DNA of 64,000 nt from an uncultured Pseudomonadota bacterium (GTDB lineage Bacteria; Pseudomonadota; Alphaproteobacteria; Rhizobiales; Hyphomicrobiaceae). A program made the position numbers and the translations under genes. The stretch is taken from contig CAWBAM010000010.1 of NCBI GenBank assembly GCA_963786775.1, forward strand, positions 18,806 through 82,805, written 5' to 3'. This document shows, piece after piece, positions 23,280-33,854 of this stretch (position 1 is the first letter of the stretch; each line of letters opens with the position of its first letter). The notes below the pieces were generated by a model. That model was given only the letters and a program-made list of their open reading frames with translations, was not told the DNA's origin and searched no databases.

Positions 23280-24620
23280 ATGCCATCCACTGTTTACGAC
23301 TCCCTGATCTACAAGGACGCGTTCGGCACGCCCGAAATGCGGCGCATCTTCTCGGACGAAGCCGCCATAGCCCACGCCGTCAGGGTCGAGGTCGCGCTAG
23401 CCCGCGTGCAGGGGCGGCTCGGGATCATTCCAGAGGAGGCAGCGCGCGAGATCGAGCAGCGGGCCGATGCCGCGGCGATCGACTTCGAGGAGCTGAAACG
23501 GGAGACGGATCTCGTCGGCTATCCGATCGTGGGACTTGTGCATCAGCTCGCACGACAATGCGGAGAGGCCGGACGCTACATCCACTGGGGCGCGACCACC
23601 CAGGACATCATGGACACTGCCACAGTCCTGCAGCTGCGGGAGGCGATGGGCATCATTGCGGCCGATCTTGCTCGCCTCGACGAGGCAATCGCTGCGTTGG
23701 CGCGCAAGCATCGGCTGACGGTCATGGCCGGCCGAACGCACCTGCAGCACGCCTTGCCGATCACGTTCGGCTACAAGGCAGCCGTGTGGCTATCGATGAT
23801 CCGGCGGAATCGGGAACGCCTTCGCCAGCTTTGGCGTCGCGTTCTTGTGGTTCAGTTCTCGGGCGCGGCCGGAACCCTGGCCTCCCTTGGCGATCGCGGG
23901 CTCGAGGTGCAGGAGGCCTTGGCAGCCGAGCTCGGCCTCGCAACGCCGGAGATCACATGGCATGCCGCACGAGACAGCTTCGCCGAGCTCGTCACCTTCC
24001 TCGGGCTTTTGACGGCATGCCTGGCGAAGATCGCGACAGACGTCGCCCTGCTCATGCAGACAGAGGTTGGGGAAGCTTTCGAACCGTTCGCCCCAGGGCG
24101 TGGTTCTTCCAGCACCATGCCGCAGAAGCGCAATCCGATCTCCTGTGAGCTGATCATCGCCGCCGCCAAGGCGGTCGACACAACGCGGGGCTGATGCTGG
24201 AGGCCGTAGCCGTCGATCACGAGCGGGCCACGGGCCCCTGGCACGCGGAGTGGATCGCCCTTCCCCAGAGCTTCCTGGCAACCGCCGAGTGCTCTGCGCC
24301 AGTCGATCGACATGATGAGCGGGTTGGTTGTCGATGCGGACCGGATGCGCCGCAATTTGCGTATGACGGGTGGCCTCATCGTCGCCGAGGCTGTGATGAT
24401 GGCCCTCGCGGAGCATATTGGCCGCGGCGTTGCCCACGATATCGTTTATTCCGCGTGCCGCGCCGCCGCAGAAACGGGAAACGATCTTTTCTCGGAATTA
24501 TCTCGCCGTCCCGAGATAACTGCACATCTCAGTGAGCAGCGCCTGCTCGAGCTGGTAGACCCGGCGAACTATCTCGGCTGCGCCCCGGCGATGGTTGACC
24601 GCGTGTTGGGAGACGGCTGA
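23280..24620 (+). CDS. 3-carboxy-cis,cis-muconate cycloisomerase / adenylosuccinate lyase family (frameshifts ~24180-24290)
   Basis: HWGATTQDIMDTA, MAGRTHLQHA, GSSSTMPQKRNP. Confidence 0.85.
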
Positions 24621-24978
24621 GCGCCAGTTCAGAGAGCCCGTGATCTGGGAATTCCTACATCACAGATCTATCCTCGGCTTCCAGATACTTTCGTTCGTCG
24701 TGTGTTGTTTTGCGGACATTCAGCAATGCAGGGATAATCAAAGTACATTGGGCGATCAGATCCTCGATAGGCCTGTCGCAAATAGCCTCATGAATCGCGC
24801 GTCAACCGTTGCTGATCCCGCCACGTCTCGGAGATGTATTCCGACACTCATTTCCAGATTAATGCAAGTTATTTGGAGCGTTTCCGCTTACCCAAGTCTT
24901 TGCGCGCTGTTCAACCATACGCGTTTGAAATGAAACCAAAAGTAGAATTTCGTATTACCAAAAAATTGCGTTCGTCCC

Positions 24979-25007
24979 TTGACCCAAGCGCCACGAGCCG
25001 TTAAGAG
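24979..25007 (+). promoter_or_regulatory. Possible sigma70 promoter of the gpsA-ggp operon
   Basis: TTGACC-N17-TAAGAG in an AT-rich intergenic region. Confidence 0.35.
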
Positions 25008-25105
25008 ATGCGCCTCAATCAACCGATAATAACAGCTAAATTGACCTGTTAATTCAGGTAATATCCGGCGGCTAACGAGTTGCTTACATACAGCGGAGGG
25101 CTACC

Positions 25106-26251
25106 GTGAAAATCAACGGAGCAGCCACGCGGTTCTGTAACGACGACGTAGGACCGACGGCATTTCAACGGGTCGCAGTGGTCGGCGGCGGCGCTTGGGG
25201 CACGGCCCTGGCATTGACCGCACATCGCGCGCGACGGAGCGTTACGCTCTGGGCTCGGGAAAAGGCGGTTGTCGAAGAGGTCGCCCTCACACGGCGCAAT
25301 CCTTTCCTGCCGTCGATCGAGCTTCCTTCGGAAATCGTCGTCACGGATGACTTGAAGGCGGCCCTGCATCGCTGCGAATTGGCCGTTCTCGTCATCCCAT
25401 CGCAGCACCTGCGCAGCGTTGCACGGCGGGTCGAGACAATGCTTCCCCGCGACGTGCCCGTGGTCGTTTGCAGCAAGGGTGTCGAAGCGGATACCGGGCT
25501 TTTGATGAGCCAGGTGATCGCAGAGGAAATGCCGGACAGGCCGCAAGCGATCCTTTCCGGTCCGACATTCGCAATCGAGGTCGCGCAAAACCAGCCGACG
25601 GCAGCAACTGTTGCGGCACCGCTGGATGCTGAGAGTTTCGAACCGGATCACCTTGCAGCACGCGTCGCGGTTACGTTCGCGACCCCGACGTTCCGGCCAT
25701 ATCTGTCAGATGACGTGACAGGGGTCGAAATCGGCGGCGCGGTCAAGAATGTGCTTGCGATTGCCTGCGGAATTGCTGCGGGCCGGCGCTTGGGATCGAA
25801 TACGCGCGCGGCACTCATCACGCGCGGTTTGGCCGAGATCATGCGGCTTGGCCGCGCGCTGGGCGCGAGGGCCGACACCTTAAGTGGCCTCGCGGGCGCG
25901 GGCGATCTGATGCTCACTTGCTCGAGCGAACAGTCGCGCAATTTCTCATTCGGCAAGGCTATCGGCGAGGGCAGGCGCCCGTCGATTTCGGAGGATGGCC
26001 CCGTCGTCGAAGGCGTGGTCAACGCGCGGTCCGTAGTTCGTCTCGCGAAGGATTTGGGCGTCTCCATGCCGATCTGCACGGCTGTCGAGGCGATCCTCCG
26101 CGGCGAGTGCGTCGACGCCGTCATCGAGAAGCTGATGACGTCGGATATTCGCGCCGAGGCGCATGCTCACGAGAACGGCCGTCGCATTCGAAACCCCGCT
26201 CGCATCCGCGAATTTGAAAATCGCGAATGGACGGGGGCCATATCCACATGA
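25106..26251 (+). CDS. gpsA: NAD(P)H-dependent glycerol-3-phosphate dehydrogenase
   Basis: GGGAWGTALA, SKGVE, LSGPTFA, GGAVKNVLAIACG, GDLMLTC..SRN. Confidence 0.93.
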   Translation: MKINGAATRFCNDDVGPTAFQRVAVVGGGAWGTALALTAHRARRSVTLWAREKAVVEEVALTRRNPFLPSIELPSEIVVTDDLKAALHRCELAVLVIPSQHLRSVARRVETMLPRDVPVVVCSKGVEADTGLLMSQVIAEEMPDRPQAILSGPTFAIEVAQNQPTAATVAAPLDAESFEPDHLAARVAVTFATPTFRPYLSDDVTGVEIGGAVKNVLAIACGIAAGRRLGSNTRAALITRGLAEIMRLGRALGARADTLSGLAGAGDLMLTCSSEQSRNFSFGKAIGEGRRPSISEDGPVVEGVVNARSVVRLAKDLGVSMPICTAVEAILRGECVDAVIEKLMTSDIRAEAHAHENGRRIRNPARIREFENREWTGAIST

Positions 26252-27034
26252 GGGTTCCGAATCTCGTACTCGCAACGGACCTCGACGGCACGTTTCTCGG
26301 CGGTTCGGAGGAGCAGTGTCGCGCGCTGTATTCCCATTTGCGGGCGCGCGATGACGTGATGCTGATCTTCGTCACCGGGCGGGATATCGACTTCATTGCC
26401 GAGTTCATCCGAGTTCCCCGGCATGCCGCGCCCGCACTACATCATCGGCGATGTCGGCACGTCCGTTTACGACGGCGACAAGCTCGCACCAGTGGAAGAG
26501 CTGGAAGCGCCGATCAGGGCCAAATGGAAAGACGCAAACGATCGCGTCGTGAAGATGCTCGAAGGCGAGCCCGGCCTCCGCCTTCAAGAGACGTCGTTTC
26601 GCTACCGCGTGAGCTACGACTACGACCCGGCGGCGCTTTCCCCGGAAACGATAGCGAAGATCGAAGCCGCAGGGTTCGACTGCCTCCTTTCAGCGGGCCG
26701 TTTTCTCGACGTCTTGCCGAAAGGCATTTCAAAAGGACCAACACTAGTCAGAGTGGTCGAGGCACTGAGGCTCGACCCCGAGAGCGTCCTGGTCGCTGGT
26801 GACACCATGAACGACCTGTCACTGTTCGAGACCGGCTTCAAAGGCGTCGCGGTCGGCAACTCGGAGCCCCGCCTCGCCACTGCAGTGGGCCGCATGAAGA
26901 ACGTCTACCGCAGTCCACTCCCTGGCACAGCGGGCATCGCCGATGCCATCCGTCACTTCAGGTTCGAGGGGGACCGGAGCATTGAGATCGAAAAAATCAT
27001 CACTAGTCATCGTTTATCATCGGCAGCCGAATGA
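26248..27034 (+). CDS. HAD-IIB phosphatase, probable glucosylglycerol-phosphate phosphatase (frameshift ~26410)
   Basis: LATDLDGTFLGG, FVTGR, DVLPKGISKG, AGDTMNDLS. Confidence 0.85.
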
Positions 27035-28508
27035 GGAAGTTGTCGTCAATGGGCGCATTGTTTACCGGAGCCACAGGAGCCCCAATGGCATCGTTCCCAC
27101 GCTAAAGAGCTTCTTTCACAGATTGCCGCCCGAGGCCGGCGCGTGGGTCGCCTGGAAGATTTACAATCCCGAGAAAGGCGTCGATTTCGATCGGGTCATT
27201 CACGTCGAGGATCCGAATGGAGGCTATTTCGTCTCGCGACTGCCCCTCACGTCGGAGCAGGTCGAAAGTTTCTACCACGTCACCTCCAAAGAGGCGTTGT
27301 GGCCGATCCTGCACTCGTTTCCGCGGCTGTTCCAGTACGAGAACGTCGACTGGGAGACCTTCCGTGATGTGAACCGGCTGTTCGCGGAAGCCGCCGCTGA
27401 GCAGGTCGAAGACAATGGCCTGGTATGGGTGCACGATTACAATCTTTGGCTCGTGCCCGCGTACCTGCGCCGCCTGAAACCCGACGTGCGAATTGCGTTC
27501 TTTCATCACACCCCGTTCCCCGGGCCAGACGTGTTCAACGTTTTGCCCTGGCGGCGGGAGATCATCGACAGTTTGCTCGACTGTGATCTGGTCGGCTTCC
27601 ACATCCCGCGATACGCGAAAAATTTCGCCGACGTAGCACGCAGTCTGAACCGGGCAGAGGTCGCGGAGGTGGGGCCAGTGGAGGATGGGCTTGCGCCGTC
27701 CGGCACCGCCCTTTCCGAGCCCGAGGTCCCGACTGTCATTCGCACTGCGGAGCGCTCGATCCGCATTGGCGTATCTCCAGTCGGCACAAATCCGGAGCTC
27801 GTCGCAAGCTACGTCAATTCAACGGAAAGCCAGGCATTTCAGAAGCAGCTCTTGAATGAGCTTGGCGGTCGCCGCCTGCTGATGACCGTCGGCCGGACGG
27901 ACTATACGAAGGGCATGGTGGAGTGCCTAAACGCTTTCGAGCGCCTGCTCGAGCGGCGCCCCGAGCTGATCGGCGAGATCAAGATGCTGGTCACCTCCGT
28001 GCGGGCGGCCTCCACGATGAAGGTCTACGAGGAGACGCAGCGCGAGATCGAGGGTCTCGTGGGCCGTATCAACGGACGCTTCTCGAAGCTCGATTGGACG
28101 CCCGTAGTGCTGTTCACGAACGCCATTCCGTTCAACCGGCTGGTCGCCTACTTCCGGGTTGCCGACGTGTGCGTGACGACACCGCTACGTGATGGTCTGA
28201 ACCTTGTCGCCAAAGAGTTCGTTGCCGCGAAGCAGGGGCAGCCGGGTACCCTGATCTTGTCGGAGTTCGCCGGTTGTGCCGTGGAGTTGCCACAGGCAGT
28301 CTTGACCAATCCTTATTCCAACAGGGATATGGACCGCGCTCTCGACCAGGCGATCGACATGCCCAAAGCGGAAGCACAGCGGCGCATGCAGGAGATGAGC
28401 AAAGTCGTCCGGCATTATGACCTCGCCCGTTGGGCCGATCAGGTCGCCGAGCAGTTTGGCGGCATCGCTGCCGTGCCGCGCCGCGTGAAAGCCCAGGCCG
28501 CTGCGTAA
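26982..28508 (+). CDS. ggpS: Glucosylglycerol-phosphate synthase (GT20)
   Basis: SSLVIVYHRQP, SPNGIVPTLKSFF, WVHDYNLWLVP, FFHHTPFP, TPLRDGLNLVAKEF. Confidence 0.9.
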   Translation: MRSKKSSLVIVYHRQPNEEVVVNGRIVYRSHRSPNGIVPTLKSFFHRLPPEAGAWVAWKIYNPEKGVDFDRVIHVEDPNGGYFVSRLPLTSEQVESFYHVTSKEALWPILHSFPRLFQYENVDWETFRDVNRLFAEAAAEQVEDNGLVWVHDYNLWLVPAYLRRLKPDVRIAFFHHTPFPGPDVFNVLPWRREIIDSLLDCDLVGFHIPRYAKNFADVARSLNRAEVAEVGPVEDGLAPSGTALSEPEVPTVIRTAERSIRIGVSPVGTNPELVASYVNSTESQAFQKQLLNELGGRRLLMTVGRTDYTKGMVECLNAFERLLERRPELIGEIKMLVTSVRAASTMKVYEETQREIEGLVGRINGRFSKLDWTPVVLFTNAIPFNRLVAYFRVADVCVTTPLRDGLNLVAKEFVAAKQGQPGTLILSEFAGCAVELPQAVLTNPYSNRDMDRALDQAIDMPKAEAQRRMQEMSKVVRHYDLARWADQVAEQFGGIAAVPRRVKAQAAA

Positions 28509-29797
28509 TGTGGAAAATAGCCGCCAGCCTGTTGCTCGCCATGGCGCTCCTGGTGCCGGCTTGGGCACCGGGCAGCGGGCGGGCTGCGGCGCAGCCGGTG
28601 CATATCTCCATTTCGTGTGGCGCGCTGGGGGTGGAGCTCAAGCTCTGCACCGATGCCGTCGAGGAATGGAAGCGCCAAACCGGCCACGAGGTGACGATCG
28701 TTTCGACACCCAACTCTTCGACGGATCGGCTGGCGCTCTATTTGCAAATGCTGGCTTCTGGGACGGGTGACATCGACATTATGCAGATCGATGTCGTCTG
28801 GGCGGGCATTCTCGCCAACCATCTCATCGATCTGAAGCCTTATGTCGGTGATACCCCCGAGGAGCACTTTCCAGCACTCATCGAAAACAACACCGTGGAC
28901 GGGCGGCTCGTCGCCATGCCGTGGTGGGCCGACGTCGGTGTGCTCTATTACCGGAAAGACTTGCTCGAAAAGCACGGTTTTGCCCCTCCGCAGCACGTGG
29001 CAGGAAATGACCGAAATCGCGCGCGCCATTCAGTCTGGCAGAACGCGCTGCGGGCAAACGAGGCCTGTGGGGTTTCGTTTTTCAGGGCAAGGCCTACGAG
29101 GGCCTCACGTGCAATGCGCTGGAATGGATCGAACTCTTTCGGTGGCGGCACGATCGTCGACGAGGCAGGCAACATAACGGTGAACAATCCGCGTGCCATC
29201 GAGGCTTTGTCACTCGCGCAAAGTTGGATCGGCGAAATCGCCCCACCCGGCGTGCTGAGCTACGATGAGGAGGCGGCGCGGGGCGTTTTCCAGACGGGCA
29301 ATGCCGTTTTCATGCGGAACTGGCCATATGCCTGGTCCCTGGCGCAAAGCGAGGACAGCCCGGTGCGCGGCAAAGTCGGCGTCGTGCCGTTGCCAAGCGG
29401 TGGTCCCGAAGGCAAGCGTTCGGGCACACTCGGCGGCTGGCATCTCGCGATCTCCCGCTACACGAAGCATCCGAAGGAAGCTGCGGATCTCGTCCTGTTT
29501 CTGACCAGCGCGGAGCAGCAGAAAAAGCGCGCCATCATCGGCTCGTATAACCCCACCATTCCCGCGCTGTATCACGACCCTGAGGTGTTGGCGGTCAATC
29601 CGTTCTTCGGTGATTTGCTCGAGCCGCTCCGCAATGCGACCGCCCGGCCCTCTCGCGTCGTTGGTCCGCATTACAATCGCCTGTCGAGCGATTTCTGGCG
29701 CGCCGCGCACGATATTCTTGCTGGGCGTCCGGTGGAAGAGCGCGTCGCGCAACTTGAAGAAGATCTCGATCGGCTCAAGTTCAGGGCAGGCTGGTGA
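28508..29797 (+). CDS. Sugar ABC substrate-binding protein (internal frameshifts ~28995-29130)
   Basis: Signal peptide, [29 protein letters not shown]. Confidence 0.88.
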   Translation: MWKIAASLLLAMALLVPAWAPGSGRAAAQPVHISISCGALGVELKLCTDAVEEWKRQTGHEVTIVSTPNSSTDRLALYLQMLASGTGDIDIMQIDVVWAGILANHLIDLKPYVGDTPEEHFPALIENNTVDGRLVAMPWWADVGVLYYRKDLLEKHGFAPPQHVAGNDRNRARHSVWQNALRANEACGVSFFRARPTRASRAMRWNGSNSFGGGTIVDEAGNITVNNPRAIEALSLAQSWIGEIAPPGVLSYDEEAARGVFQTGNAVFMRNWPYAWSLAQSEDSPVRGKVGVVPLPSGGPEGKRSGTLGGWHLAISRYTKHPKEAADLVLFLTSAEQQKKRAIIGSYNPTIPALYHDPEVLAVNPFFGDLLEPLRNATARPSRVVGPHYNRLSSDFWRAAHDILAGRPVEERVAQLEEDLDRLKFRAGW

Positions 29798-30720
29798 TGC
29801 GCGGGGAGCAATCCATTTTCGCTGAGCGCAAGCGTGCGGCCTGGCTGTTCCTGACGCCAATGCTGGTGGTCCTGGTGATCGTCGCCGCCTGGCCACTGTT
29901 GCGCACATTCTATTTCAGCCTGACCAATGCCACGCTGGTCGACATGGAGCGGCACAGCTTTGTCGGCCTCTCCAATTACCTCGCCTACGAGAATGGTCGC
30001 TGGTACGGCGTGTTGACTGATCGGCAGTGGCTCGCATCCCTGCGGAATACGCTGATTTTCGCGATCGCCTCGGTTACGCTCGAAACCATTCTCGGCGTTC
30101 TTATCGCGCTCCTGCTCAATGCGAGCTTTCCGGGCCGCGGCTTGCTGCGGGCGGCCATGCTCGTCCCCTGGGCTATTCCCACCGTCGTTTCAGCCCAAAT
30201 GTGGGGCTGGATGCTGAATGACCAGTTCGGGGTAGTGAACGATATGCTGATGAAGCTCGGGTTGATTTCCGCGCCTGTCGCCTGGCTGGCCGATCCGACG
30301 CTCTCTCTGATTTCGGTCATTCTGGTGGATGTCTGGAAAACGACGCCGTTCGTCGCGCTGTTAGCGCTGGCCGCTCTGCAGATGGTGCCCAAGGACGTTT
30401 ATGAGGCCGCCCGCGTCGACGGCATCCATCCGGTGAGGGTCTTCTTCCAGATCACCCTGCCGCTGATCGCGCCTGCGCTCGCAATTGCCGTCATTTTCCG
30501 CTTGCTCGATGCCATGCGCATGTTCGACCTCGTCTACGTCATGACGGGGACGACCGACGCCACCATGACGCTCTCCGTTTTCGCCCGACAGCAGCTGGTC
30601 GATTTTCAGGAGGTGGGCTACGGCTCGGCTGCCTCGACGCTGGTGTTCTTCATCATCGCGCTGTTGACGGCGCTTTACGTGATGGCAGTCCGGCTCGATC
30701 TCGATGGGAGGCGCCGATGA
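29794..30720 (+). CDS. Sugar ABC permease
   Basis: WKTTPF, YEAARVDG EAA loop. Confidence 0.92.
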   Translation: MMRGEQSIFAERKRAAWLFLTPMLVVLVIVAAWPLLRTFYFSLTNATLVDMERHSFVGLSNYLAYENGRWYGVLTDRQWLASLRNTLIFAIASVTLETILGVLIALLLNASFPGRGLLRAAMLVPWAIPTVVSAQMWGWMLNDQFGVVNDMLMKLGLISAPVAWLADPTLSLISVILVDVWKTTPFVALLALAALQMVPKDVYEAARVDGIHPVRVFFQITLPLIAPALAIAVIFRLLDAMRMFDLVYVMTGTTDATMTLSVFARQQLVDFQEVGYGSAASTLVFFIIALLTALYVMAVRLDLDGRRR

Positions 30721-31544
30721 AACGTGTGCTTTCCCGCATAGGACTGACGATTGCTTGCATCGCGCTCGCGTTTTTTCTGCTGTTCCCGCTCTATTACGCG
30801 GTGCTGACGTCGTTCAAATCGGGCTCGGCGCTGTTCCGGGTCGATTACTGGCCAACCGAAATCGACGTTTCGAGCTACATCCGCATCTGGCAGGAGCAGC
30901 CGTTCGCGCGGAATATTCTCAATTCAATTTTCGTCGCCACTACGGTGGTTATTCTGTCATTGGGCTTAGCGCTCACCGCAGCCTATGCGCTCGGACGGGT
31001 TCAATTCCGGGGTCGGAAGTTTCTGCTCTACACGATCCTCGGCGTTTCCATGTTTCCCCAGGTCGCAGTGCTTTCCGGCCTGTTCGAGGTGATCCGTATT
31101 TTCGGACTTTATAACAACCTCGGCGCCCTCATTCTGTCCTACATGATTTTCACGCTGCCATTCACCGTCTGGGTGCTGACGACGTTCATGCGCGATCTGC
31201 CGGTCGAGATCGAGGAGGCCGCGATCATGGACGGCCTCAGCCCATTCGTGATCGTCACCCGCATTTTCATGCCGTTGATGGGCCCTGCGATGGTCGCGAC
31301 GGGATTGCTCGCTTTCATCGCTGCATGGAACGAATTCCTGTTCGCTCTGACGTTCACCCTTTCCAACGAGCAACGCACCGTGCCGGTGGCCATCGCGCTC
31401 ATTACGGGAGCCAGCGAATATGAGCTGCCATGGGGGAACATCATGGCGGCCTCCGTGATTGTGACGGTGCCGCTGATCGTGCTGGTTTTGATTTTCCAGC
31501 GGCGACTGGTGGCCGGTCTGACGGCGGGTGCGGTGAAGGGATAG
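30717..31544 (+). CDS. Sugar ABC permease
   Basis: IEEAAIMDG, WNEFLFA. Confidence 0.92.
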   Translation: MKRVLSRIGLTIACIALAFFLLFPLYYAVLTSFKSGSALFRVDYWPTEIDVSSYIRIWQEQPFARNILNSIFVATTVVILSLGLALTAAYALGRVQFRGRKFLLYTILGVSMFPQVAVLSGLFEVIRIFGLYNNLGALILSYMIFTLPFTVWVLTTFMRDLPVEIEEAAIMDGLSPFVIVTRIFMPLMGPAMVATGLLAFIAAWNEFLFALTFTLSNEQRTVPVAIALITGASEYELPWGNIMAASVIVTVPLIVLVLIFQRRLVAGLTAGAVKG

Positions 31545-31547
31545 GCG

Positions 31548-32606
31548 ATGGCGGGTGTACGCCTGGATCACGTCAGCAAATGGTTCGGCAAAACGGAGGT
31601 CATTCGCGACATCACGCTCGATATCGCCGACGGCGAATTCCTGGTGTTCGTCGGCCCGTCCGGCTGCGGAAAGTCCACCATTCTGCGTCTGATCGCCGGA
31701 CTGGAGGAGGTCACTTCCGGCTCGATCTGGATCGGCGATAAGGACGTGACGCATCTGCCGCCTTCGAAGCGCGGCGTCTCCATGGTCTTCCAATCCTACG
31801 CGCTCTATCCGCACATGGACGCCTACAAGAACATCGCGTTCGGCCTGCAAATGTCGGGCACGAGCGGAGAGACCGTCGACCAACGGGTCCGGCGCGTCGC
31901 CGAGATGCTGCAGATCAGCGACCTCTTGCACCGCAAGCCGCGCGAGTTTTCCGGCGGCCAGCGCCAGCGCGTGGCTATCGCTCGGGCCATCGTCCGTGAG
32001 CCGCAAGTCTTTCTGTTCGACGAGCCGCTGTCGAACCTCGATGCCGCGCTGCGCGCCCAAACCCGGCTTGAGATCGCGCGACTGCACGACGAGCTGAAGA
32101 CGACGATGATTTATGTCACGCACGACCAGCTCGAGGCCATGACGCTCGCCGACCGCATCGTGCTCCTGCACAACGGCCGCATCGAGCAGGCGGGCAAGCC
32201 GATCGAGCTTTACCGGCGCCCTCAGACCCGCTTCGTGGCGGAGTTCATCGGCTCGCCGCGGATGAACATTCTGCCCGTCACAATTGAGGCGGGTGTAGCG
32301 ATCCTTCCCTCGGGAGATCGGGTGCCTGTTTCTTCACAGTTCAGCGGCCCCGCCGATCTCGGCATTCGCCCCGAAAATATCTCGCTTGTCGCCCCCGAAG
32401 ATCCAGGCGCGATCCGCGCCCGCGTGCTGCACGTCGAGGAGCTCGGCGAGTCCCGGATCATTCATGCGGCTCTTAGCGATGGGACCACCCTTTCCGTTCG
32501 CTATCCGTCAGATGCACCGGCGCCACACAAGGGCGACGTAATTGCGCTGCGCCTCCATCCCGAACATCTCCATCTCTTCGGTCGCGACGGCAAACGCCTG
32601 CAATAG
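31548..32606 (+). CDS. Sugar ABC ATP-binding protein (MalK-like)
   Basis: GPSGCGKS, VFQSYALYPHM, SGGQRQR, DEPLSNLDA. Confidence 0.94.
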   Translation: MAGVRLDHVSKWFGKTEVIRDITLDIADGEFLVFVGPSGCGKSTILRLIAGLEEVTSGSIWIGDKDVTHLPPSKRGVSMVFQSYALYPHMDAYKNIAFGLQMSGTSGETVDQRVRRVAEMLQISDLLHRKPREFSGGQRQRVAIARAIVREPQVFLFDEPLSNLDAALRAQTRLEIARLHDELKTTMIYVTHDQLEAMTLADRIVLLHNGRIEQAGKPIELYRRPQTRFVAEFIGSPRMNILPVTIEAGVAILPSGDRVPVSSQFSGPADLGIRPENISLVAPEDPGAIRARVLHVEELGESRIIHAALSDGTTLSVRYPSDAPAPHKGDVIALRLHPEHLHLFGRDGKRLQ

Positions 32607-32704
32607 TCTCGCAAAGGCGCGCCCATCACCGTATTGCGGCTCGGCCTACTCCGTGTTGTGATCACGCGACCCAACAAACAACACCGACAACAACGGAGGA
32701 AACG

Positions 32705-33799
32705 ATGGCCAAGTCTTTCTGGAGGTGCTCCGCTATTATCGGGCTCGCGGCGCTCGGCATGCAGCTGTTTCCGGGGGAGGCGAGCGCACAGGCCACCTTC
32801 GCCGGAAAGCGTATCCAGGTGATTGTGCCCTTCGCGCCGGGCGGCGCGACGGACGTTGCTGCGCGCTTTCTCGAGAAGTTCCTCGAGCGGCACCTGGACG
32901 GAAACCCCGACGTCGAAGTCGTCAATCGGGCCGGCGGGGGCTCCATCCTCGGCGCGAACTGGTTCCAAGACAACGCCAAGCCCGACGGCGAGATGGTCCT
33001 CTTCACGACCTCTTCGACGGCCAACCCCTACGTGCTCGGCCAGAAGGAGGTGAAGTACGATCTCGCGTCGATGCGCGTCGCCTATTCCCTGCCCTTTGGC
33101 AGCGTAACGTACGTCTCCGCAGCAACCGGCATCAAATCGGTCAAGGATCTCAAGGAGACGAAAACCGAGCTGATCTATGGTGGCATCGCCGCGGCTGCGA
33201 GCGACCTGCCCACCCTCCTCTCCTTCGAGGTGCTTGATCTCAACGTCCGGACAGTGCTCGGCTTCACGGGACGCGGCCCGGTCCGTCTGGCCTTCGATCG
33301 CGGCGAGACCAATCTCGATTTCCAGTTTACACCTGTCTACATGACGCAGGTTGCTGACCAGGTCGCCTCCGGGAAGGTCATCGCGCTGATGACCGGCGGC
33401 TATGTGGGGCCGGACGGCAAGCTGACAGCGCGGGACCCGGCCGTTCCTGACATTCCAACCGTCTACGAGGTTTACAAGGAGCTCAATGACGGCAAGGAGC
33501 CGAGCGGCGTGGAGTGGGATGCTTATCAGGCGATGGGCGCGCTGACGCTCGGCTATGGGCTGACCGCCTACCTCCACAAGGACACGCCGGATGAGATCAT
33601 CGACCTTTACGCAAAGGCGGTCGAGCGCATCAACGACGATCCGGAGTTCCTGAAGGAAGGAAAAGAGGTCGTGGGCGGCTACAAGCTCATCTCGCCGAAG
33701 GATGCCGAAAAGCCCCTCAAAGCCGCACTTCAGCCTTCGGAGGAGGTGCGCCAGTACTTGCGCAAGCTGTTGTCCGAGAAATACGGCGTCACATTCTAA
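32705..33799 (+). CDS. Tripartite tricarboxylate transporter substrate-binding protein (TctC/Bug)
   Basis: IVPFAPGGATD, VVNRAGGGSILGAN; signal peptide. Confidence 0.87.
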   Translation: MAKSFWRCSAIIGLAALGMQLFPGEASAQATFAGKRIQVIVPFAPGGATDVAARFLEKFLERHLDGNPDVEVVNRAGGGSILGANWFQDNAKPDGEMVLFTTSSTANPYVLGQKEVKYDLASMRVAYSLPFGSVTYVSAATGIKSVKDLKETKTELIYGGIAAAASDLPTLLSFEVLDLNVRTVLGFTGRGPVRLAFDRGETNLDFQFTPVYMTQVADQVASGKVIALMTGGYVGPDGKLTARDPAVPDIPTVYEVYKELNDGKEPSGVEWDAYQAMGALTLGYGLTAYLHKDTPDEIIDLYAKAVERINDDPEFLKEGKEVVGGYKLISPKDAEKPLKAALQPSEEVRQYLRKLLSEKYGVTF

Positions 33800-33854
33800 G
33801 CTTGCACGCGAGCGGCCGGGAGCGCCCGGCCCGCCAAGTCCGACGGGCTTGCTG

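Noticed and set aside
22890-23280. Guanidine riboswitch upstream of the TRAP-ureohydrolase unit
   Set aside because: No ykkC core or paired ACGR hairpins recognised
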